64,000 nt of DNA from positions 4,960,001 through 5,024,000 of the forward strand of contig CM022671.1 in assembly GCA_012295275.1 (NCBI GenBank). Direction: 5' to 3'. Every line of letters begins with the position of its first letter. Within the stretch, counting starts at the first letter, position 1. The translations under genes and the position numbers were made by a program. The DNA comes from Chrysomallon squamiferum. Taxonomy: Eukaryota; Animalia; Mollusca. The notes beneath the pieces are model-generated. The model worked only from the letters and a program-made list of their open reading frames with translations. It had not been told where the DNA came from and ran no database searches. Positions 53,345-64,000 of the stretch are shown in pieces.

Positions 53345-53776
53345 CAAATAAGAAACTTCACAACATTTATTAATATTAAAATTCCCCATTCTTAAGTGAC
53401 ATGATGATAACAGCTATTTATAGTGCTATAACATGTTAATAATAATATAAGAAAATACAAGGAAGAAAGAAGGTACAGAAAAACAGATACCAAATATCCC
53501 TACTAAAATCAAACTAACTAACGAGTCCAGCTCGCGATTGGCTGAACAAACCGGACGTAAATTGCTGTTTACCTTGGCTGGGAAAGAGAACACATTGACA
53601 GTAGCTTATACAGGTTAGTGGATACTTTTTTTAATAATCTTTTAAAAATAAAAAATAAAAATATCGCTCCCTTCTCGGGAAATAGTCCAGTGAGACTGCC
53701 GAGGACGATTTCTCCAGCGAAATACCAAACCTAGTCCCTATCCCGTTCCTCGAATTCAATTTTTAACATCGGTCAG

Positions 53777-53809
<33 letters not shown>

Positions 53810-54860
53810 CAGACATAGAGACACACACAATATATATTTATGCAGACATAGAGATGCACACGCACACACACACAATATATTTATGCAGACATAGGGACAC
53901 GCACGCACACACACATACAAATACTTGAGAAACTTCACAACATTTATTAATATTAAAATACCCCATTCTTAAGTAACATGATGATAACAGCTATTTATAG
54001 TGCTATAACATGTAAATAATAATATAAGAAAAGACGAGGAAGAAAGAAGGTACAGAAAAACAGATACCAAATATCCCTACTAAAATCATAGAAATCCGGC
54101 TGAACAAACCGGACCTAAATTGCTGTTTACCTTGGTTGAGAAAGAGAACACATTGACAGTAGCTTATACAGGTTAGTGGATATTTTTAAAATAATCTTTA
54201 AAAATTAAAAATACAAATATCACTCCCTTCTCGGGAAATTGTCCAGTGAGACTGCCGAGGACGATTTATCCAGCGAAATAAACCTAGTCCCTAACCCGTT
54301 CCTCGAATTCAATTTTTAACATCAGTCAGTCACAAACACACACATACGCAGACAGACACACTATATATGCAGACATAGAGACACACTATATATATATGTA
54401 GACATAGAGACACACTATATATATATGCAGACATAGACACACGCACACACAATATATATATTTATGCAGACATAGAGACGCACTCATACAATATATATAT
54501 GCAGACATAGAGATACACATACACACACACACGAATACTTGAGAAACTTCACAATATTTATTAATAAATGCTACAATAATGATAACAGCTATTTATACAT
54601 AACATGTAAATAATAATATAAGAAAAGAAAAGTATGCAAGAAGGAATGTACAGAAAGACAGATATCGAATACCCCTACTAAAATCAAACACTAACTAACG
54701 AGTCTAGCTCGCGATTGGCTGAACAAATCAGACGTAAATTGCTGTTTACCTTGGTTGGGAAAGAGAACGCATTGACAGTAGCTTATACAGGTTAGTGGAT
54801 ACTTTTTAAAACAATCTTTAAAAATAAAAAATACAAATGCAAATAACACCCCCTTCTCCC
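53345..54860. repeat. Tandem triplication of a ~580-610 bp unit between RNF10 and MVP (third copy truncated)
   Basis: The anchor agaaacttcacaa recurs at ~53351, ~53928 and ~54542. The core ggctgaacaaa...acattgacagtagcttatacaggttagtggata appears in all three copies, which are separated by CA/TA-rich minisatellite. Confidence 0.95.
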
Positions 54861-55584
54861 ATCTGTGTCTTTCATTGTTTTTCTATATAAGTAAAAAAAA
54901 TATATACAAATTTATACTCTGTTATAGGAATTTTAATTTGTCAGATTTTGGCAGAAAGCTCGTGAATTTTACTTCCTGGTTTCAAAACTGACCCATATAC
55001 ATTTTCTTTTCTCTTTTTTGACTGGGTTTAAAATATTTTTTTTATTATACATCAAGGAAGCTAAAGTTTTTAGAGCCTATGTGAAGAGATTTCTGTGATT
55101 GAAATTATATCATTTTGTATTTATCGATAAATTAGTATCAGTCGGATTTTGCATTTGATTATAACTTATTTTACCGAGTTATTTTATTTATTTTTTTATT
55201 TATTATTATTATTATTTATTTATTTAACGGATATAGTTAAACTAGTAATCCTATTAAAATAGAACATTTGCTAAAAAGAACGGCTATTAATTGTAAGTAA
55301 AAATACAACAGATACACAGACAGGTCGTTATGGTTTTATGTTAATCCCGGAAAATCAATATTTGCATAAAACATCCCACCCGATGTTTACCTGGGTAAAA
55401 ATTAGGTCAAGGTGTTTATTCACGTGTGAAAATAATTACCTTGATAAAATGGCTGACAGTACATTCATATAATTATAATATCTAAATTTTCAGTTACTGT
55501 TACTTTTTAAATGATTGTAAGAAACGGACCTAGATTGGTCCATACATAGTATACCAGCGAACCACCTCTATTGTAATTATATGT

Positions 55585-55633
<49 letters not shown>

Positions 55634-56684
55634 CACATTATTACTGTGTTGTTGTTGTTGTTGATTGACTAGTTGCTTGCTGTTTTTGTAACGGTAAACT
55701 TCCAAAGTTGGTGACTGCCAAACTCCTACTCCCCCCCAACCCACTCTTGTAAAAATGTCTCGACCGGTTCCTGCTGGTGTTACAGCCAATACAGAAGAAC
55801 ATTACTAGTAAATCAGAATATTATCGAACCATACGATACATAATAATACAAGACAATGCAAGTAAATAACTGTGGTATTATGAGTCCATTCCATTGTTAT
55901 TCTGGTTTCTATGGCAGCCAAGGCCAGCCTATTGAATATTTATTAGCTTTAACCTAATCTTGCGTATTAACTGCCCGCTAGATCGGTACACTTTGATTAG
56001 TACATTTTATTTAGAGATAAGAATTACAGGTGTTTAGTAATATAAATGATATATTCAGATCTAAATAACGAAAAGGGTAAAGGAACTATCAAAATTTTCA
56101 GAAAGACTAACATAGGAGAGATGGGGGGAAATAAATAAATAAATAATAAATAAATAAAAATAAAAAACAAAAAGTACTAATTATGATCATGATAGTCGTA
56201 ATAACAATTATAATAAAAATGATAATTATGATGATGGCAATACAGTAATACTAATAATGATACTAATTATTACAGTGAAGATGGTAATATTATTAACAAT
56301 GATTATACTAGTAATAATTTTAAAACTGACTCTAGCCTGTAGATAATTAGTGTCAGAGAAAAAAAAAAAAAAAAAAAAACAAAAACAAAAACAAACAAAC
56401 AAGAAACAAAAAATTAATAATAGTACCGTATAATAATAATAATAACGTTAATAATAATGAAAGAAAGAAAGAACGAAAGAATAAACTGAAAGAAAAAGAA
56501 AACGAATGTAACCCAGTTTCACCACTATAGTCTTGTTGATTCCAACGAGAGATACAAAAGTATTATTAACAGCCACGCCCTCCTTGACAACACAACATCA
56601 GTTTATGTAAACAGATAACGTAGTCTTCAAGTCTTCGTGTTTTCATCTTTTCTTTAACAGATTTATATATATTACAAATGATAT

Positions 56685-56737
<53 letters not shown>

Positions 56738-57349
56738 GTCTGTGTGTGTGTGTGTGTGTGTTACAGTGTGAGAAACCTACGTAATTATCGAACATTATAA
56801 CAAATAAATATGATTTTTCATGATGCTAAACGTATCTTTCTTCAAAAAAATTGGACCTGGTAGGTGTTTAGCTCCACCCCCCCCCCCCTGCACTCACCAA
56901 GGACATACGTTTAATTAGCAGTTTTTGGTATGAAACCTTTTGTGCGAGTTCAACCTGTTTAAACTTGCCCATGTTTTATTTTGCTAGTATCCAAGCGTAT
57001 CTCTGCCGTCTACATCTTTCCCCCTAGCCCTAATAATCAGTAATTAAAAATACATTTTTAAAAACTGAATAAATTATTATTTTTTAAAATTAAATGAAAC
57101 TGTTGAAATTCCAAAAAATGCTACAGTCGCACATTCGGTTAACCGCTGATAAAAATACCAATATTGATTCGTAATAAAATATTGACAGATACCAAAACTT
57201 ATCTCATAGCCTGGCGTTCTCGACCTTGAATACATTAACAGCTATTATTATTATATGAGCTTGGTCGTATAAAATATCACTCAGGTCATCAACTTACTGC
57301 TGGTTGTGAAATATGTTATTGAAATCGGAAAAAAACTTTACTATTGAAA

Positions 57350-57550
57350 CACTGTTTTCACGGTCAGTCGGACGCATAGTTCGGGCATTTCACAAAGTGA
57401 ACGGAGAAGTAGTAATATTCGTTTGTCAGCTTCTATTTTGAGAGTATTACTGGGTTTTGCGCAAGTCAGTCTAGCAGCCGACATAGGTCCGAGTCACATT
57501 CACGTGAAAATAACCGCCTTCTGCAGTCGCAGTTCAGTCGCGGAGTATTA
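57350..57550 (+). promoter_or_regulatory. MVP proximal promoter and non-coding exon 1
   Basis: CpG-enriched patch ending at donor |GTAAGT (57551). The matching acceptor is (T)n ctgtttcag| at 57780, 28 nt upstream of the MVP ATG. Confidence 0.65.
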
Positions 57551-57808
57551 GTAAGTATGTCTAGAATTTAACTTGTGGATTTTAATAAATGGCTAAATAT
57601 ATGAAACACTCGTATCGTAAATATTACTTTAAAATTATAAATTACTTATATGTGTGTGTGTGTGTGTGTATAATTAATTGTGTGTACACATACGAACATA
57701 CCACACACACATCCTATGGTGACATACCTGATTATTGCTCATTGACTGACTGTTTTTTTTTTTTTTTTTTTCTGTTTCAGATATCTCTGGTATATAAAAC
57801 TTTTCACA

Positions 57809-60257
57809 ATGTCTGCACCCAAAAGATCTATGGAGGATTCCATTTACAGGATCCCGCCCTACTACTACATACATTGTCTTGACCAGAACACCAATGTGAC
57901 CCGATTGGAAATAGGTCCAAAAACCTATGTCCGGCAGGATAATGAAAGGTACAGAAATGCTTGTATTAAAAAAGTTCGCTTAATGTTGTAACTAAACTCT
58001 AAACAATTTATAAGTTGAACATAAATGCTATATTGCTCAGATGAAAAACGTCTGTTACATTTGTCACTTTGAAATTCATTTTTATGTATCAGAAATGTAA
58101 TTTGTCATTATTTTATTAAACCATTTAGTTTAATTAAAATAAATATTGGTAGGAGTAAACCCATATACTTGTAAGAGTAACCCACATGTCAGTTTATCTT
58201 TATCAATATTATATTTTGTAAATACATTATTTATGATAGAAATGTATTTTCCTAATAATAAAGTATAACAACAAAATTGTATTTATTACACAGAAACATT
58301 GACATTTAGTCTTTTATCATGATATTAAACCAAAACAAAAATGGAAAAATCGTTGAAAGACTGAGTGAATCTTAGTTTATTGGACATTTTAATAATGTTC
58401 TTTCTATATAAAATAAAATAAAATAAAATAAAATAAATAAACTGTCGGACTCCTTTGTATTTTGATCATTTTGTTATTTTTGGTCATACCTTATTATCAG
58501 TAAAGATTGGATTTCTGTTTTAACAGACAGACTAAATATACGTCGCTTATTTGTTAATTCAGTCTTTGATAATAAACAAAACAGTCACCTGCAAGGACAC
58601 ACACACAAAAATATACAGTTTGCTTGTACCTCTCTCAATTCAAATTCTATGTTATCATTTTTTTTTTTTTTTTTCACAGGGTTGTTTTGGGTCCAGAAAA
58701 GATGATAGTGGTTCCACCTCGCCACTACTGTGTCATCGAAAACCCAGTGTACCGGAACAAGGATTTGGAAATTGTTTTCAACGAGGCGGGTCAGGCTAAA
58801 CTTCACCATGCCGATCAGGAAATCCGCCTAGCACAGGAGCCTTTCCCTCTGTACCCTGGGGAGGCGCTGAAGCAGCCAGTCACCCCGCTGAAAGTAGTTC
58901 CAGCCAACTCGGCCTTGAGACTGAGGGCAATCCTCGACTTCGAGGATCACACTGGAGAGAAGAGAACTGCAGGGGACGAGTGGTTGTTTGAAGGGCCTGG
59001 TAAGTACCCCGCCCTAGAATTCACTGAAGTCTGGCCTTGTTAATGTAAAAAAGATTAACTATTAAAAGTGTAAAAAAAAAAAAAAAAAAAAAAAAAATTA
59101 ACCCTTTAATCCATATTTCAACTTTTGTTTCAAAAGTACATCCTTTAAAATTTTTGAAATTTCAGGTACCTACATTCCCAGAAAGGAAGTTGTCGTTGAA
59201 GAGGTTGCCAGAGCCAGTGTTATAAAACCAAACCAGGCACTTCGTCTCCGTGCTAGGAAGGAATGTCTTGACCGTGATGGCTACGCCCGCGTCACCGGAG
59301 AGGAGTGGCTCGTTAAGAAGACAGGTGCTTACCTGCCAGGTGCATATGAGGAGGTGGTTGATGTTGTTGAAGCTTATGTTTTAACAGACAAGGTGAGTAC
59401 TGACAGATTTTATACTAATTACACATGTATATTAACTATACATACAGTTTGTATACAAAACACACATAACACTATGTAGATACAAAAAAAAAAAAATAAA
59501 AAAAAATGATTGATTGGGATTTCAGTTTAGTTTCTTGATCATTTGAATGGAATAAGTTTGACCACAAGGTCAAATCATCTTCAGTGGAGCCCAAAAACTG
59601 TTAATTTTAAAACAAATATTTATATAATAGCTGTTAATGTGATTACATTAAAAATGCCATTAAATTTTTTATAAATTAATGGAATTGTATCATTATTAAA
59701 TACTATCTTTGTGTTTTCTACATTGTATTACAAACCTTTGTGATGTTATTATTTCAAACATTTAATAATTTCAGACATAATAAAACATTAGTGGCTTTTT
59801 TTTTTTTTAAATAACAGAAACAGTAAGTTTAATTTATTTTTGTTAATTTTTTTTTTTTTTTTTATTTATACCTGAACTTCATTGAACTACATCTATTTGT
59901 TTACACATGAATTCTTTTATTTGTTCATTTAGAAAGCTCTCCACATGCGAGCAATCAGAACATTCAAAGATGATTTTGGAATCACTCGCAGGAATGGAGA
60001 GGAGTGGCTCATCACAGCCAAAGACACAGAGACACACATTCCTAATGTCTACGAGCAGGTATACACTTGATTTTATATATTTTTTTATTTTTTTATTTTT
60101 ATTTATTATTTATTTATTTTAATTTTGTAACTTTTTTTTTTACATAAAATTATCTCATTATTCCGTTTATGTATATTCAGTTAATATTTTATGACAAAAA
60201 AAATGTATTTTATAAAAGCAGTTATTTTATTTGTTTTGTTTTAGTTATTTATTTGTG

Positions 60258-60328
<71 letters not shown>

Positions 60329-63300
60329 GTTGTTGTATTATGATGTTTATTTATTTACTACTACCACTGTTTCTTTAACTACTGCTACTTTTCAGGTTGT
60401 GGGTGTGATCAACATCACAACTTTGTCTAACAGACAGTACTGTGTTGTTCTCGATCCTGTTGATGAAACTGGAATCCCACGACTAGGCATGAAGAAGCTC
60501 CTCAAGGTGAGATATTCTCTGTGTTTCATTAACACCTGGCAGTTTAAATGTTTCTAATTAGAACTATAACTGTGATATTAATATTGTAAGTCAACAGTTT
60601 ATTATCCAAATTTAAAAAAAATCCAATTATAATTTGTGTATGAGTGTCTACAGGAATGTTGTGTATATATATATATATGTAGCCTGTAGACTGTCTGTTA
60701 AAAAGATTTCAGTTAACAGAACTAACAATCTATTATATGTTTAAAAGAGTGATCGATTAAAGTAATTGTTTTAAAGGGAGATCAGTAAAAAAAAAATCTG
60801 TTACATATTTTAAAGGGAGATAAACAAAAATCCGTCATTTGTTTTAAAATGAAACAAGTTGAAATCTTTTATTTAATTTAAAAAGGAGACCAATTAAAAT
60901 ATTTGTTTTAAAGGGAGATAAATCAAAACGATTTGAATATTTTAAAGGGAGATAAATTGTGTTGTGTGTTTTAAAGGGAAAGAAATGAAAAATCATTTGT
61001 TTATTTTAAAGGGAGAGAAGTCATTTTTCCTGATGCCAGGAGAGAAGCTGGAGAAAGGAATTCAGAATGTTTACATTCTCGGAGAAGATGAGGGCCTCAT
61101 TCTCAGAGCCACAGAAACTTTCAAAGACAGAGACTCAGGAGAAAAGGTGAATTATGCACAAAATAGCAACATAAAACTAGGCAATAAATAAAACTAAATA
61201 TATTCCTCAAAATAACTGCTAGATAAGATTAAAAACAACAACAATAACAAAAACGTTTTCATTTTATATATATATTTAAATGTTTATTTATTTAAATATT
61301 TGTTTTATTTATTTATTTAAATGTTTAATTATTTAAATGTTTATTTATTTAAATGTTTAATTATTTAAATGTAGGAAATCACACGTCGCCCAGGTGACAA
61401 ATGGATGATTCGCGGCCCGAAGGAATACGTCCCACCTGTTGAAGTGGAGGTTGTGATGAAGAGACAGGCAATCCCATTGGACGAAAATGAGGGCATCTAC
61501 GTCAGGGACATCAAGTCAGGAAAGGTAACTGTAGAACTGAGTTTATTTTGTTGGTAAAACTTGAAATAGATATAATTACAAAAATTTAGTTTGTAAACTC
61601 GTGTCCATTTGTTGTCAGTACAGACATGACGGAAATGAAAATTACTCTGTTTGCCAATGAAAGCTGATTTTACAACTTGATGGACAAAGATAAAATAAAA
61701 AAAAAAATAAAAAAAATGTTAAAAGATGATTCTGAATTGATGTTAACAACAATAACAATAATGTAAAAAAAAAAAAAAAAAAGGCCCAAAACATCAGCAA
61801 TGTCATCTTAAAACATAGGAAAAGAATTTTTCAAACTGCTAAAGATAAATAAAAGTTTTTATTCACCCCCAGGTTCGTGCAATCACAGGTATAACATACA
61901 TGCTGAACCAGGATGAGGAACTGTGGGAGAAAAATGTACCTCCAACAGTGGAGAGTCTGCTACAGCAGAATAAGGACCCTTTAGCTGACCGCTCAGACCG
62001 TTCAGGCCGCGATACGAGCTCAAAGTCACGCAACAAGACCCAAGTGATCAACTTCAGAGTGCCTCACAATGCTGCAGTTCAGATTTATGACTACAAGGAG
62101 AAAAAAGCCAGGTAAGTGTCTTAATCCTTTCAGTCTGTTTGATTTTCAGCAGCTGTAGAGTCCTGTTTTTTGGGGGGAAGGCCTTAAAACAACCACAATA
62201 CCAGAATACTTTACAACATTGTCTTCATCTTATTAAACCTTTTTATGCACTTGTAATATGTTATCAATAATGTTGTTACCACATTTTCCTGTTTTGTGCT
62301 CTCCTTTGCCAGATGGTTCATTTCCAGTAATCATTCAGTTCATCCATTTCATCATTTCACTGGTTGTCATCTAGATCATTTCCCTTTGTATGGTTTAGTT
62401 GTAATGGTACATCAGTTATCTAGTATTCCACTGATATGACACGCCTCTTCTGTTTCTAGCTAATCTGTTAAATCACATACTTGACCTTTATTTTCTTCTG
62501 CCCAGACCTGTTTAATGGGACATAATATAGCAAGGGTAAACTAAACACTGATAAACAGAATCATCAGTTTGAAAATAAATTAAAATAATTACAAAGAAAA
62601 ACACTGACACTCTTTCAGTTGTTGTTGTGTCCTTTTATATCAACAAATCTTAAACAATGATAAAAATATAGCAAAATAGTATTAATTTAACTAATAAAAT
62701 TGGAAGAAAACATTTTAAAAAGCTTCACTAATATTAATATATTGAAGAATATTCCATGTACATAAGAATTCAGAGTATCTGATAAAACATCCTCTCTTCT
62801 CTCTGATCTATTCTAGAAGTACCTCTTGACCCAGCATTTCAGAAGAAAAGATTAATTCAAATGACATTTAATATTAAATGTATTTTCATTTAATGAAAAA
62901 AAAAAAAAATAAAAAAAAAAAAAAAAAATATATATATATGTATTTTGAACAAAAAAAATGAAAATTATGAAGGATGTATTTTGATGTAAACCAACATTGT
63001 TCAGAACAAAGAAAAAAATTATGAATAATTAGAATGTTTTGTTTTATTTAAAATGACTTTGAATAATTAGAATGTGTTGTTTTATTTAAAATGTGTTGTT
63101 TTATTTAAAATGTGTTGTTTAATTAAAATGTGTTGTTTTATTCAGGGTTGTGTTTGGACCGGAGCTGGTCATGCTTGGTCCCGATGAGCAGTTCACTCAG
63201 CTGAGTCTGTCTGGTGGCAAACCAAAGAAACCAAACGTTATCAAAGCTCTCTGTCTCCTCCTCGGACCCGACTTCTGCACTGACATCATTGTCGTGGAGA

Positions 63301-63946
63301 CAGCAGACCATGCACGACTTTCTCTTCAACTTTCATACAATTGGTACGTTGTGTGACGGTGGATTTGAATGTTACAGAATGAACGAATGAATGAATGAAT
63401 GAATGAGTAAACAAACAAACCAGTAACCCAGGAAATAAATAAATGAATCGATGAATAATTTAATTAATGAATGAACAAACAATTCCACTGGATGAGTGAA
63501 CAAATGAATGAATGAATATACCCCAAGAATGAATTTCATGGAAGTGTTTTGGGAATTGGAAATGATTATATAAATAGTGTAAAATATACAAAAAAAAAAA
63601 TTGAAAATGAAAAATAAAAGCCAAATTATCATCTGTTGACTATCAGAAATAATTACAATAACATATCTTAGAAACATGCATTAATGAATTTTGTTTTTAA
63701 TTTCTTATTTAAGAATCTTTCTACTGACCTGTAGCTATTACTTTTTTTTTTTTTTTTTTTTTATGATAGCAAGATTTTAAAAATTTTATTTTGTTAATGT
63801 CTAGGTATTTTGATGTGAAGTCCAAAAATCCTGAGGAAGCAGCCAAGCTGTTCAGTGTTCCTGACTTCACTGGAGACTCCTGCAAAGCAATTGCATCACG
63901 AATTAGAGGAGCTGTGGCCCAGGTCCAGTTTGATGACTTCCATAAG
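57809..63946 (+). CDS. MVP: Major vault protein, 5' portion (gene runs off the window end)
   Basis: Exons 57809-57948, 58680-58999, 59166-59392, 59933-60058, 60396-60506, 61012-61146, 61375-61524, 61873-62111, 63146-63343 and 63805-63946. They encode [91 protein letters not shown] and [24 protein letters not shown], i.e. vault repeat domains and the start of the shoulder domain. Confidence 0.98.
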
Positions 63947-64000
63947 GTATCAGTTTTTATTACACGTTTAAAAACACAGATATGTTACAGATGAGTTCTT

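Noticed and set aside
53696-53725. CTGCCGAG...CGAAA as a hammerhead in the triplicated unit (retrozyme idea)
   Set aside because: The core deviates from CUGANGA and stem II does not pair.
53661-53765. U4atac snRNA gene
   Set aside because: There is only loose resemblance at the 5' end and K-turn. The U6atac-pairing segments and the Sm site with 3' hairpin are not convincing, so it is kept only as a structural finding.

Overview
AT-rich, microsatellite-rich, intron-containing animal genomic DNA, probably a mollusc (gastropod-type SINE remnants, recalled from memory and not searched). Four protein-coding genes can be assembled by hand. (1) The 5' end of a minus-strand rabphilin/Noc2-family gene: first coding exon 368-444, probable non-coding first exon near 26.7 kb. 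(2) A complete 7-coding-exon minus-strand gene (29562-34153, 367 aa) with a PRR11/MTFR1-type 'RSPGGTP...KF' C-terminus and a NEMP-like N-terminal helix. (3) RNF10 (36207-50930, +, 17 coding exons), head-to-head with gene 2. (4) The 5' part of major vault protein MVP (57809 to beyond the window end, +). Mobile elements include a TTAA-flanked Kolobok-like element, a pogo transposase remnant and SINE fragments, plus many minisatellites. The most unusual signals are a triplicated ~600-bp unit with a foldable, oligo-T-terminated core just upstream of MVP (candidate small-RNA/vault-RNA cluster or triplicated promoter-exon), a short-uORF plus overlapping-uORF leader on RNF10, an invariant 53-bp cassette repeated in RNF10 intron 1, and tandem repeats built from 3' splice sites. 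All calls come from manual reading; no searches were run.
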